Below are positions 13,549 to 25,856 of a DNA stretch of 64,000 bases, in pieces; position 1 is the stretch's first letter, and each line of letters starts with the position of its first letter. The translations under genes were made by a program, and so were the position numbers. Origin of the DNA: Macrostomum hystrix (Eukaryota > Animalia > Platyhelminthes); the NCBI GenBank assembly GCA_950097015.1, contig CATNEN010000001.1, positions 10,168,001 through 10,232,000 on the forward strand, read 5' to 3'. The notes beneath the pieces are model-generated. The model was not told the origin of the DNA. It saw nothing but the letters and a program-made list of their open reading frames with translations, and did not search any database.

Positions 13549-13643
13549 GTAGCGTAAAAAAGGCTAAAATACAGCTGCTAAAAAGTGTATACTGGACGAA
13601 TTAAAAATATTTCTGCTCCCCGAAGGGGGGCAAAACATGCTAG

Positions 13644-14408
13644 TGTATATACTAAAAATGAAATGCTTGGTTGGTTGCTTGTAATTGATTTTCTCACCAA
13701 CGGCTCAACCGATTTTCACCATTTCTTCACCAAAATATGCCAAATATGGGGACAATTATACACGTATTTTTATTAAGCATAATTCCATTGCTAAGGGGAT
13801 TAAATATTGGAAAAACTGTTTTAGATAGGATTTTTAATGCATTACATCAGAGCCAGTTTTGTTAACGTGCATACCACTGCCAATTTTAATGATTGTATCA
13901 GGGCCAGTTTTGTTAAATTAAAAGTGAGTACACTGATAAGAATTTCACTGTGTCAAATGTACATAGCTGTGTCAACCCCACTGGCGAGACAGTCTGCGAA
14001 TTTATAAATGGATTACATCACAGCTTTTCTCACCCGCGTGTGTGTGTTTGATTTGAATAGGTAAAATGTGCATAGCAGATTTCAATTCAATGATATATTG
14101 CTCAATACTAGCGAGACGTCTACTCCTTTCTTTCTACAATAAAAATAAATCATCAAACCTTGTCTCAATTTCAATCGAGAAAAGTGTCCAACAGTTTTTT
14201 AAATGTCCAACAGTTTTTTAAATGTCCAACAGTTTTTTAAATGTCCAACAGTTTTTCAAATGTCCAACAGTTTTTCAAATGTCCAACAGTTTTGTAATGT
14301 GTTTAACAGTATTCTAAATAATTTTAACAGTTTTCTAAACGTGTTTAACGGTTTTCTAAAAGTGTTTCACCGATTTCTAAATGTGTTTAGCAGTATTCTA
14401 AATGTATT
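13644..14408 (+). mobile_element. 5' part of a third non-autonomous Helitron, truncated
   Basis: Same 5' sequence as 9945 and 59170, and colinear with 59170-59800. Runs into 19/21-bp repeats and is cut at the LTR. Confidence 0.85.
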
Positions 14409-16342
14409 CTGACTCCTAACCTCGGTAGCGGTGGTCGATTCGGCCTAGGCTCTTGTCTTAGAAATGCGGAAAGGCTATCGACAAAGCGGATAGTTGATCT
14501 AGGGTAGCGCCACCACCCAATGCGCCTACGTTGCCACCGCAGGCATTTGGGAACTTGGGTCCCCGGAGTACACAGCTCCTAGTTTATCACACAGATCTAG
14601 ACAAGCCGAAAAAATAGGGCATTCTGCAACTTCCGTTTTAGACTGGGGTGAGAGCCCCAGAATGGATCGAGACACGCCTCAAAAGGGGATTCCTGAAATC
14701 GCGCTACAGGGGTCTAGAAAAGTGGTACTAAGAACTTGAATGAGAATCCATAGCCGGAATCCTACTCATACGACATCAGACACATTCTATACATTAGACT
14801 GCAGCCTACACATTAAGTAACTAACAAATCCGAGTCTGTGTGAGTTGAGGAAAACAGGCTGGAGAGATTAAGCAGAACACTGGCTGAGTGATTACGCAAG
14901 CGCTGATTACTTAAACCTCGCTCTCGCCCCTGTGGCGGCAGTTGCGAGAGGAGGGGGAAAAGAAGGGGAACTCCATTGGCAAGGGAGTTTGGCACGTACC
15001 CTTTGACCTGCCGGGAAGAGAGGAAACCCCGCCAAGGAATCCCCCACACCCCGGCAGAGGTGCACATGCTACGCTCCGCATCTGCCCGCGAATCCCTAGC
15101 TCCCTATTACTCTTATGCGCGCGTACAGTTGCCTTCCTGCTGCAGCCTTCAGCTCGGCATCACCAGAGCCCACCCCCTAGGAGATTAGCCACTCATGGCT
15201 GAGGGCCGTCTAGTAGTAAAAATAAACATAGAGGCGAACAATATGAAAGGATTTAAGTTGTGCTTTTAAATTGGCCTAAAGTAATGTGATTGGCTAAAGA
15301 CGAACTTTTATATTAAGCTAAAAGTCCTAGTGCCCTTTCCCACTAAAGTGCCGCCTAGCTAAAATCAAAGTCCCTTTGGAATAACAATCAATAACCGCTA
15401 CGCGGGTTACTTATCTGAGTATCGATTGGCCGCGGGCTACAGTCCTGTCGCTCTCGAGGGATGGATAGGGCAAAATCAGCAAATGCCGAGAGGGGAGAAT
15501 GCTAGTCGTGAGCTGGCAGGGGCCAACACACCAAACGAGCTCAACGGCTCAATTTGAGAGCTCACCTAAAGAGGTGGCTTGCACTATTAGGGCTTAGGAG
15601 CAGGCGAATGGGCCTGTGAGCGCTAAGCTGAGCTGACAGCTCTCGGGTCGAAGGGGGAAGCAGAGTTCGACCGGGGGTCGGTCTAGTCGTCGGAAAGCGG
15701 GGGAAAAGGTCTCCGGGGAAATGGGGAGGTCCTAGAGGGAGCAGCGCAGCGCGCTTCCTTAAATAGTCCTGCAGCACGCCAACCTCGACATCCATCAAAG
15801 CAACCCACATTCGCGCCAGCCTGTCAACGAGGGATCGGGGCGGCGATAGGCCGCCCTGATCACCCAATGAACCGGCGGCGGGAAACGACAGGTGTTCTGC
15901 GCGAACAGCCGTCGGCAGTCGGCCAGCAATTGTTACTCCGCCAGGACAATGGGAAGCGCCGGCGCCGACCTGCCTACAGTGACATTACATGTATCTAAAA
16001 GGAGGGCTCGAATACTGTAAAGAAGTGGGGACGTGAAGAATTAATGATCACTCATAATGCCCGAGTGATTCCCAATATCTGATCGCGGTTTGGAGGAGAA
16101 TTATGACCTAGACTAGCTCATACAGTAGGGTTATGGCCGCGATCAGTCATTCCTACGAGGGTCTAGACAGATCCAGGGAGAGGGGATTCGGTGGCTACTC
16201 AATTCACCGCCGCCCCAAACCCGGCCCTAAGATTAATGATCTTGCTTTGCGGCCAGCTGCTATGTGGGTCGCGATTATGAAAAAAACGAAAAATTCTGCT
16301 GGCTCACATTCCCACTCGATTCCCGCAGCACACTCCACATCA
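14409..16342 (-). mobile_element. Long LTR copy (diverged relative of 46344-48659), left-truncated, inserted into the gag of the env-bearing Gypsy
   Basis: Colinear with 46681-48659. Ends ...cactccacatca and abuts gag coding sequence directly. Confidence 0.85.
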
Positions 16343-17700
16343 CATTGGCTATCAGAATTTGAGCTGCAGGCCAGGACATATGGACTCACGGACCCAGAAA
16401 AAGCCAGAATACTACCCCTGCTGCTGAGAGACAACGCCCGGAACCAGTACAGCAGCTTAGAACAGGCAGTGAGGGATGACTACACCCGCTTAATACAAGC
16501 GCTGAGAAACCTGTTTGATGTCCGAGTCTATAATAAAGGAGCGGCGAACCTGCAGCTCGCCATGAGAAAGATGCGCCCAGAGGAGGACATCAATAGATTC
16601 ATCGCTGATATACAGCGACTGGTAGATAATGCTGTATATCAGCAGCCAGCGGTCCAAGGAGAACAAGAGGAGGCCAGAAACCAGAGAATGGAGACGAACA
16701 GGAGGATAATCCAAGACGCAGTGATGATGTACGCGCAGCAGAACGCAGTACCGTCCGTCCCTAAGATCATTCCTCGCAAGAGCCCAGTTTAATACAGTGC
16801 CGGAGATGGTGCGCGAGGCCATCAAGTGGCAGGCACTGCAGGCCGCAGATGAGGAGACTGATCCAACGAAGAAGTTGACGCACCTCATCGCACAGCTTCA
16901 GGCCAAGTTGGAGACACCTCAACAGCAACCGAGCCAGATAGCTGCGGTAACGACACAGCAACAAGGACCGTGGAACCCACAAGGCCATTATGGACAGCAA
17001 GGCCAAGGAAATTGGAAGGACTATCGACCAAGACCTCGACCAAGGAATAGAGATGGTCGAGGACGCAACCAAGGAAGCCCCGGAGGAACAGGAGGAGGTC
17101 AACAGGGAACACCAACTGGAGGTCCGCAGGGATGGAAATCTCAGTCGAAAAGAGTAGCAGCGGTACGAGCGACCAAAGAAGAAGACGGCTCAGAGGAAGA
17201 AGAACAACAACAGCAACAACGATCAGAGCCGCAGTCGGAAGCAGCCGCGAGTTATTCAGAAGGAAAGCCGGAGAGACGACAGAAAGAGAAGACGATGACG
17301 CAGATCATCGAAGAAAGGCGCAGACTCAGAAAACAGTGGAAGAACGAAAAAAAGAGCCAGTATCAACATGATTAGGGTGTTTCCCAGCATAGAAAAGAGC
17401 AGGGAAAGCAGCCCGCTAGAAGTACACGCAGGCACAGAAGCGGAGTACCAGGAGGAGGTCCGGCAAAAGGGCAGACAGAGCAAGAACGTCGGAGAAGACG
17501 AGGAATACCGGAAGGTGATGAGGCCGGACACCAGAGACAACTTTACCAAGATGGAGAATGGAGAAGACCCCACGGAAGAATTGAAAAAGCCAGGCAAGAA
17601 AACCCAGGAGGGACTAACATCCGTTGGGATCAACCGGCGAAATCAAGTCGAGCGGAAAAGCCCAACCGAACGCATCAGACTAAGCCAGGAGTGTCCTTGA
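16343..17700 (+). pseudogene. gag: Gag (capsid-like), frameshifted
   Basis: WLSEFELQARTYGLTDPEKARILPLLLRDNARNQY...MRPEEDINRFIADIQRL is a typical Gypsy capsid-like segment, followed by a G/Q/R-rich tail. Confidence 0.8.
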
Positions 17701-19786
17701 TGATGGGACTGTTCTGGACGCTGCTGATAGCGACCAGTTGGGGAATCGCTGGAGCCAGCAGAACCACAATGAAACACGCAGACTACGTGGACCCACTGGT
17801 GGTCTGCCCAAGAGAAAGCGAGCCGAACATCTTTGCTCTGCCGAGAAACGTGGAATGCAAGGCACCAAAGGCAGGGAAAGCAGGTCTGTTGCCAATTCAA
17901 GTGGACACCTATGTAGAAAATACAGCGACGCACCGCGATAACCTTAAACTATGTTTTCGGGAAAAGATAACGATCCGAGTTGCACACCCACCAACCTGGA
18001 TAGATGGTTACATGACCAATCTGAAGCTCTCGGTAAACATAGAAGGCCAGCAGATCACCAAGATGGAATGCGATAGATGGACCAAGGACGCCACAGTCAC
18101 GGACGGGAGATTGACACAGAGCAACCGAGACAACCTGGAACTTAAGCACTACACGACGTACCAATGGAGAAAAGAAGATTTCAACGAAATAATCGCCACC
18201 TAAAGGACCATCGAGAAGACAATCTCAACGGTGATCAGTGATATCCCGTTCTTTGTGAACAAAAGGGGGATGTCAAGCACAATAGTCCCTCTGAATAACT
18301 GTCAATACAAGTTGGGATTCTGCACTTCAGCTATGGATAGTAAAAGAGTGGTGACCATCCCGCTAGAAAGGCTAGTACCTGACCCATTTTGGCGATATCT
18401 GAACTATTACGACGAGACCTACGCCTTGACTGGAGAACTGAGACTACATAGCATATGGACCCCGAGCACAGAATACGAATACAAGTACAAGAAGGGACTG
18501 ACAATCCAAGGAGCAGTCAGAGCGGAGTGGTTCCACTCGGAGGACTGGACATACGCGTTAACATTCGAATCACCTCCACCGAGTGAGGAGTTCAGGTGCG
18601 GCGACAACATTATCAAGCTCTACACGGCGTATCAAGAGGTAAAGGTGAGGATAAACGTGACGGACGCAAACTTCCTGGCTACGATTGCAGGGACAAAGGC
18701 GGACAACACAAGGAAGAGACGAGAAATAGCAAGCGCAGAAACGACAGCAGCAAATTTACAGGCGCTAGAGAAGATAGCGGAAAAGCGACATTTGGAGCTG
18801 ACAAGACACATAGTGATGAACCAATGCCGCCAGCAACAGCTGATATTTCAATACATTAAGGCATTTTCCTAGCCACCCCTACAGTAGCCGCACGAATCTT
18901 GTTCAGGGATCAGATGATCACAGCGGAGATTGTGGGAGGGTTCATCAAGGTATGGAAATTCCACCCAGTAAAAAACTTTATGTTCGAACAGCCACTGTGG
19001 AAAAAAACATCTGCTTCCACAAGCCGCCGATAAAGTTCTGGGAAGACGGAATACAATACCAAGTATATGTAGATGTTCAGACCCTGCAAGTACGAGTACA
19101 AAGGCATGCCCCAGGATTGCCAGGGGTTAGCGATATGGGCGGCATCAGCCGCCTCCTCGCTGCGTCCGTCATGGAGGCTCCCTGCCGCTAAGTTAAGTCA
19201 TGCCCCAGGATTCCACAAGTGTAGCAACAACAGCGCGTATTGGCTACCAAAAGGCGAGACAGTGTACAAGGTGGACCAGAATTTCACTCAGTTCAGAGAA
19301 ATCAGGACGGCGACAAAGCTAACACCCGACACATGGGGAATCAACACGATGGAGACAATCAAGCTGGACCATATCAGATTTAGGGCGAGAGGAGAATACA
19401 ACCCTGCTGATTTTCAGAGTCCGATTACCGTTCATAACTTGTATATCCACGCAATAAACCAGCGAGAGTACCTATCGAGGACACTTGATCTACCGAGCAT
19501 GGAGGACATCACTGAACTGACAAGAAAACTACCAAAGGAGGAAAAATGGGAACAGTACATTAATCCCATAAAATTGCTGATCGGCAAAGGGATATTCGCG
19601 CGATTCTTCCAATTAACCACCGCCATAGCAGTCATTATAGTATACCTTACGGTCCTGATAAAACTCATCAAGTGCTGCTGCAGATTAAATACAAGAAGGA
19701 ATATCACTGCAGGGGACAGAATCCGGAGGAATATATTTCGTATCAGACGGAAAGAGAAAGAACAAGTCCAGCTGCAGGAGATATAG
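17700..19786 (+). pseudogene. env: Envelope-like glycoprotein, probably class III (herpesvirus gB / chuvirus G-like)
   Basis: N-terminal signal peptide, Cys-rich ectodomain and furin site RKRR (18711-18722). Followed by a long helix, then PTVAARILF...TAEIVGGFIKVW, a C-terminal TM segment, CCC and a basic tail. Contains a stop at 18201 and several frameshifts. Confidence 0.78.
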
Positions 19787-22700
19787 ACGACATATAAACA
19801 TATTTAAACATAAACATACGTGACATATAAACGACTTAATCCGCCAATGGAACAGTCACAACAGCGACTGTACCCGCAGATCAACGCCTGGCCACCACCG
19901 CTGGTAGCGCACATCAAAGCGAACACCAACACCACCGTCATCCAGATCCGGATTGGCAACCGAGTCTGCATGGCGCTGGTGGACACTGGAGCCGAGCGGT
20001 CTGTGATGGACGAACAGGAAGCCCGGAAAACAGGGGCTCCGTTCAGCGAGCCGAAGGAAAGACTGGAAGCCGTGGGTGGCAGTGTCATCCAACAGGTAGG
20101 CATGGTGCGTCTGCCAGTGGAAGCAGGCCCACAAGAAACGGTCCAAGTCGATTTTCATGTCATCAAACACATGCAGCAGGACCCATACAAGGTAATCCTG
20201 GGAACAGACTACATAGGCAAGCTAAAAAAGGAATCGCGGTGAATCATCAGAGCAAAACAGCAGAGATTAACGGCACCTCCTACAAGATCTTGACGGTAAA
20301 AACAAAGCCACAGGAGAGAGCCGTCAAGGTGTGGACGACCCAAACTGTGAACCCAGGAGAAACGCGAGCAATACTGGTGAGATTGGATAAAGAAGAAGAT
20401 GAAAATCTCCCAGAGCAAGTGCTGTTTGAACCATCGCCGAGGATTTTAGCACGACGACCTATACGATTCACTCACGAAGTAGTGCATCCCGAACAAGACG
20501 GACACGTGACACTAGCGGTTACAAATGAGTCAGTAGAGCCAATCACACTGTACCAAGGGATGACGATTGGACACTACGACGTGGAAATCGAGACGAAGGA
20601 GCTGACGGAAATACCTACAGAAGACGAGGCAATGACTGAAGAGGAATTCAAGAAGGGGATAGACTGCGAAGGAGCAGAACTAACGGAAGAGCAGGAGGAA
20701 CAACTGAAGAACATGTTATGGAAAAACAAAGACGCGTTCTGCTTATCGGAGGACGATTTGGGATACACGGAGGTAGCAAAACACCAACTACACATCAAGC
20801 CAAATGAGGAAGTAAAACTGACGAAAAGGTATCCGATTCCGCATCAGTTAAGAGGGGAACTGCAGGCGATTATAGACAAGATGGAGAGGCAGGGAATAAT
20901 ACAGAAGGCAGCAACCCCATATATTTCTCCCCTCCTTCTAGTAAAAAAAGAAAGTCCAGCCAGGGGAAGATCCAAAATACCGACTCTGCATCGACTTTAG
21001 AGGACTCAACAATTACCTAGTCCCGGAAAGACAGTGTAACCCAAAAATATCGGATTTCCTGGCACAACTGAAAGGATCCACACGATTTTCAACGCTTGAC
21101 ATGGCACAAGCGTTCTTCCAGGTAGCACTGGAGGAGGAAAGTCAGAAGTATTGCGGCATAGCGACACCGGAAGGGTGCACATATACCTTCCGGGTGTCAC
21201 CGATGGGATTATCCACGTCACCAGCACTCTCAAGAGCGGCAGCAATCATCTTGAAAGGAGTACAGAATGTAGCTACCTATGTAGACGACCTACTTGTATA
21301 CACGGGAGATTTCCAGAGGCACTTGAATGCGTTAGATGAAATTCTAAAGAGACTCAAGCAACACAGATTGAAGCTAAAACTCCAAAAATGTAAGTTCCTG
21401 CAAAAACAGGTTAAATACCTAGGGTACATCATAGACAAAGACGGAATTCGAATAGATGACTCCCTTGTGGAAAAAAGTGCAGCAGATAAAGAAGCCGGAA
21501 ACAGTCACCCAGTTACGAGGATTTCTGGGATTATGCAACTTCTTCAGGAAGCACGTCCACCAATATGCCCAGAAGATGCACCCGTTGACAGACTCAAATG
21601 AACACCAGCTAGTAGGAATATAGCGATGAAGACAAAGCTGAAGTGGACGGAAGAGGCGGGAAAGACTTTCCAGAACATGAAGAAATGGTTAGCGGAAGAC
21701 CTCAGACTCACCCACCCAGACTTTGAGAAACGATTCATCATCTCGAGCGACGCTAGCACAACAGGAATAGGAGCGGTGCTTACCCAAGAAGACGAGATGG
21801 GAAGAGAAAGACCGATAGCATACTGCAGTAGACAGCTGACAGAGGCGGAAACGAGGTACTGAGTTACTCACCTAGAATTGTTAGCAGTTTACTATGCATT
21901 CAAACAATTCGAACAGCTTGTCTACGCAGCGAAAGTACCAACCTTGCTCAGAGTGGATCACCAACCATTGAGAGGTCTGTTCAACAACAAGACACTGCAA
22001 AGCAACCAGATTCTGAGATGGCTGTTATACATTCAGCAGTTCCAGTTCCAGATCGAACACCTTCCAGGAAACACGCCTAAGCATGCGGTTCCAGATATGC
22101 TCTCCAGACAATACGAACACCAGACACAGCAACCCAAAGTGGGTTACGTCAGGATCACCCACCCGATTCCAGGGGTAGAATCCCTGAGGACGGAACAAGC
22201 GAAAGATCCGGTATGCCACGAAATAAGGCAGCTGCTAGAAGGGGGCGACACCACAGGAGAACTGCACCCTAAGATAAGGAACCAGGTGCGGAAACAACTT
22301 TGGAAGTTCGCGGTCCTGCACGACATTGTGTAGAGAGTGGAAGACCAGACACAGCAGATGGTTTTACCATTCGTGTTCAGAGAAACTATCATGAGAGCAA
22401 TGCACGAACTGCCCTTCGCTGCACATCTGGGATTCGAAAAGACGCTAGAAAAAATCAGAAGACACTACTACTGGCCAACCATGGTAGCAGATGTGAAGCA
22501 ATACACGCAGAACTGTGAAGACTGCGCGAAAGACTGGGCAAGATGCAAAAGGGGATAATACAGACGCAGAAAGTGCCAGTGCGACCACTGGACAAAATAA
22601 GCATTGACATCGTTGGACCGCTAACACCCACGCAGTACAGGAAAGAAGTCTATACCCATGTCATGACGATATATTGTTGTCTCACGAAGTTTGCAATGGC

Positions 22701-23485
22701 CATTACCATCCCAGATCTGACAGCAAAAACGACAGCAGAGGTGATTTTCAACTTCTGCTGCACATTCGGAATACCGACAGTCATTACAACCGATAACGGT
22801 AGGAATTTTACAGCCAAGCTAGTGCAGGAGGCCTTGGAGGTGTTAGGCATTAAACAGATTTTCACGCTGCCATATAACCCAAGGGCCAATCAGGTGGAAC
22901 GACTACACTCCACACTACACAATATGCTGAGACATTACATAGCACAAGCCCCGCAAGACTGGATAAAATTCCTACCGGCAGTGCTTAATGCATATAACAC
23001 GGCGCAGCAGCAATCCTCAAGGTATTCACCTTACGAATTAGTTTTCGCGAAGCAGCCACTAATGCCCACGGAATTGGCCATCAGAAGTGACCTTTTAAAA
23101 TATATGCAGGAGGAGGACTTCACGGCACAATTGCCGGAGACGATCCGCCTCGCTAGGGAAGTAGCAAGACAGAACTTGATGAAGGCTCAGCAGGGCCCGA
23201 TTTCATAAAGCACTTGTCCGACAAATTACAACTGACAAGTGACAATTCCGTAAATTAATGCGTTTCATAAACATGACCTACAAGTTCTCAATTCGACAAG
23301 TTACAAGTTACAAGTGACAAGTAAAATTCGACAAATTAAAAGCGCTTTTCTCGGGGTTTTGACCATAGATATTTGCTGAATCAGTTGCTTCTGCGCAGAA
23401 TCGGCTCTTATATTCATCCGAGTTTGACAAGTGGTTGGGACACTTGTAACACAGATCGCAAACTTCTACTATATTTGATTACGCC

Positions 23486-23713
23486 ATGTCCGACACGGAA
23501 GATGAAGAGGAGTTGGCAATGCTGGCAAGACAATTTCCAAGGACATTCAAGGAACGTATTAATTTCCAGCCCCAAGGCTTTTACTTTTCTGAGCGTTTTA
23601 GACTCCGAACTGATCACGTGGAGAACTTGCTGCAAATAGTTGGACCTATTATTTCTCACAGCACGCGCAGGAACAATGACCATCGCCACCGACTGATTGA
23701 ATTTTTTCAGTGA
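23486..23713 (+). pseudogene. N-terminal fragment of a Harbinger transposase
   Basis: FSERFRLRTDHVENLLQIVGPIISHSTRRN matches the HARBI1-like N-terminus. The DDE core is absent. Confidence 0.7.
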
Positions 23714-24090
23714 CACATACGACACTCCGAGTATTATGAATGACGGTGGATTGAGAGTGTAAAAACTAGAAAATCCCATTGTTCCCTTGGTAACGTTACA
23801 TATCATTGTCATGTGAGTTCTTGAGTTCATTACTAATTATTGTTACTGCTACTTGTTTGAAAATAGTTTAAAATGTAGCAATGTTACATGCGCTATTCGT
23901 GACCCAAACAATGTCATATGCTTTATTATTAACAATGTTAATTACAATACCCAAACAATGTTAAAGATATTATTATTATTATTATTGTTAGACTGTTCGT
24001 TCTCCTATTCAGGTTAGTGTTCTGTGATAATTGTTCACTTGATATTTCATGTCGTCACTGTCGTTGACTCACAGCAATAAAGAACAAGAA

Positions 24091-24818
24091 TCATTGCTTG
24101 CTCAGCTCACGCTCCAGGAGCTGGATTTCCAGGCATAGCTTCTTCTTCTTCAACTGTTGGATTTCAACGTCTTGTTCCCATCGTTTCCTCCTTAGCTCCT
24201 CGACGCTTTCGTCCTGCAGAAAGTCGGCGATGCGTCTCTTCCTTGTTTGACTTTGGGTCGTCTTCTGCGGATTGAGATCACAGACAGCAGGCTCCGATGG
24301 CCTCACGGTACTGGAAAATTGCTCACGGTCGTCTAAATAGAGATCCGCTACAGTCTCGACGAACTGTCCAGCGGACTCGTGCACGGGCAGACCACAGACT
24401 TGAGCAGAATTCTCTCCCAGAATTTCCAGAACTCTGCTGTCAACAGCTGTCAACGTCAACTCCCTGCCGCCACCACTGCCAGTTGAATTCCTTTTGTCAC
24501 GCTTCTCCTAGAAGGCAGTTACGTAAAAAAGTTTGTGTTAATAATTTTGTTATAGGGTGTGCTTACGTTAAAAAATTGCATCGTACCAGAGCTCGTCTCT
24601 TCAAATTGGCGCTCCAGTGTCTCTTAAGTATTTCCACGGGATTTTGACAGTTTCTGGTACAAAGCTGAATCCATCGCCGAACATGACTCCAGAATTTCCT
24701 GCCATTTTTTCTGCTTGTCTTTCTCCGTCAGTGTGCTACTAAACTTTCCAAACAAAACTTCTCTCCCATCTCCGATGCGCTCTAAAAGAAAAAGCTTGGC
24801 AGCCTCTTTCTCCTTCAT
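24091..24818 (-). pseudogene. Harbinger Myb/SANT-like DNA-binding protein (spliced, frameshifted)
   Basis: REVLFGKFSSTLTEKDKQKKWQEI...TGSGG...LTAVDSRVLEILG plus a C-terminal coiled coil. Convergent with the transposase. Confidence 0.8.
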
Positions 24819-25856
24819 AATCAAACAGTAAGAACACTTTATAAAAATATAATGACTTGCGATCAGAGAATATTTAGTATACTGTGATAGAATGATAACG
24901 TAGCTTTAAAAAGTGAAGCAGATTTTCGAGTTCCGCCGGGAGTTTGGCTTTGGACCATAGACTAAAGAGGCAACACAAGTGTCTCCACAAAAATGGATCG
25001 ATTTCTCACAGTTTGCCCATAGACACCAGACACGATCTATTTTTAACACGAAGGGCGAGCTTCGGTTTATGAAACCGAAATCGTTGTCACTTGTCGCTTG
25101 TTGCTTGTAACTTGTCAAATTGTCACTTGTCGCTTGTAGGTTTTTTATGAAATCGGGCCCAGGTGACCAATGACCGGGCTAACAAGAACCGGAAGTCCAC
25201 GGAAATAACGGAACACACAAGAGTGATGGTGAGGATCCCGATGTCGCAAGCGAAACACGCGAATAAGTTCTCGGGGCCATTCACAGTGGTGAAAGTTGAA
25301 TCACCCACAGCAGTTTACATAGTGGACGAAAAGAACCCCCAGACCCCGCCGGTAAAAGTACACGCGGATAGACTGAAAATTCTGAACAATCCGGAGCCAC
25401 AAGGACTGCTACCAGATCTGAGGCCGGCGAACCCAGAGAGACTGAGAAGACAGCCGGCAAGGCGCTTACAGCAAGATGCAGCAGTTCAGGCTAGCGAGGA
25501 GCCGCCAGAGGAGCCGGCGGAACCCCGCTACCAGCTCCGGAGGCGACAGCCAGTGAAGTACTCTCACTAAGAGAGGCTCCAGAAGGGGGTGGGGACTCAA
25601 ATAACGAATATGGAGAGATATGCATCTTTTGTGGAGCAAATATTTAAGGTAGAGCAGGATAAGGAAAAAAGCAACAACACGCTACTTAGTAACTGACCAT
25701 GAGTAACATAAGGCAAAAATTATGTTAGAGATAAAATAGGAAAATTAATTAGGCAATATAAGACTCAATACCATGAAAAATCAATACAACGAGATAGTAA
25801 GATAAGAGTAGAGACCAAAAATAAAATCGGAAAACCATTCCAGCGCAGCACTCAAA

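Larger units (their letters stand above)
9945..13643 (+). mobile_element. Non-autonomous Helitron filled with minisatellites
   Basis: 5' TC...ATACTAAAAATGAAATG follows directly after the previous CTAG. The 3' end has the same hairpin plus CTAG (13640-13643). Confidence 0.88.
23194..25159. mobile_element. PIF/Harbinger DNA transposon, internally deleted
   Basis: TIR GGCCCGATTTCATAAA at both ends, 3-bp TSD CAG (23191-23193 / 25160-25162), and subterminal ACAAGT repeats. Confidence 0.92.
19847..25570 (+). pseudogene. pol: Pol (PR-RT-RNaseH-INT), disrupted and split by a Harbinger element
   Basis: Motifs LVDTGA, YVDD, SSDAS, HLG...CEDC, DIVGPL, TDNG, VERLH. Removing 23194-25162 restores the frame (KAQQ-VTNDR). 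Confidence 0.93.

Noticed and set aside
12239-13604. Long repetitive ORFs (LGDHCQ, WGIIVN, STGGSL, PQLTMI)
   Set aside because: They are by-products of an 18-bp minisatellite that is open in most frames. There is no independent sign of coding.
14409-16342. Long repeat as the 5' LTR of the env-bearing Gypsy
   Set aside because: The PPT at 48660-48679 shows this LTR family is minus-oriented. There is no PBS, and it abuts gag mid-ORF.
16133-16342. N-terminus of ORF 16133..16792
   Set aside because: It is LTR sequence fused in frame to gag by chance.
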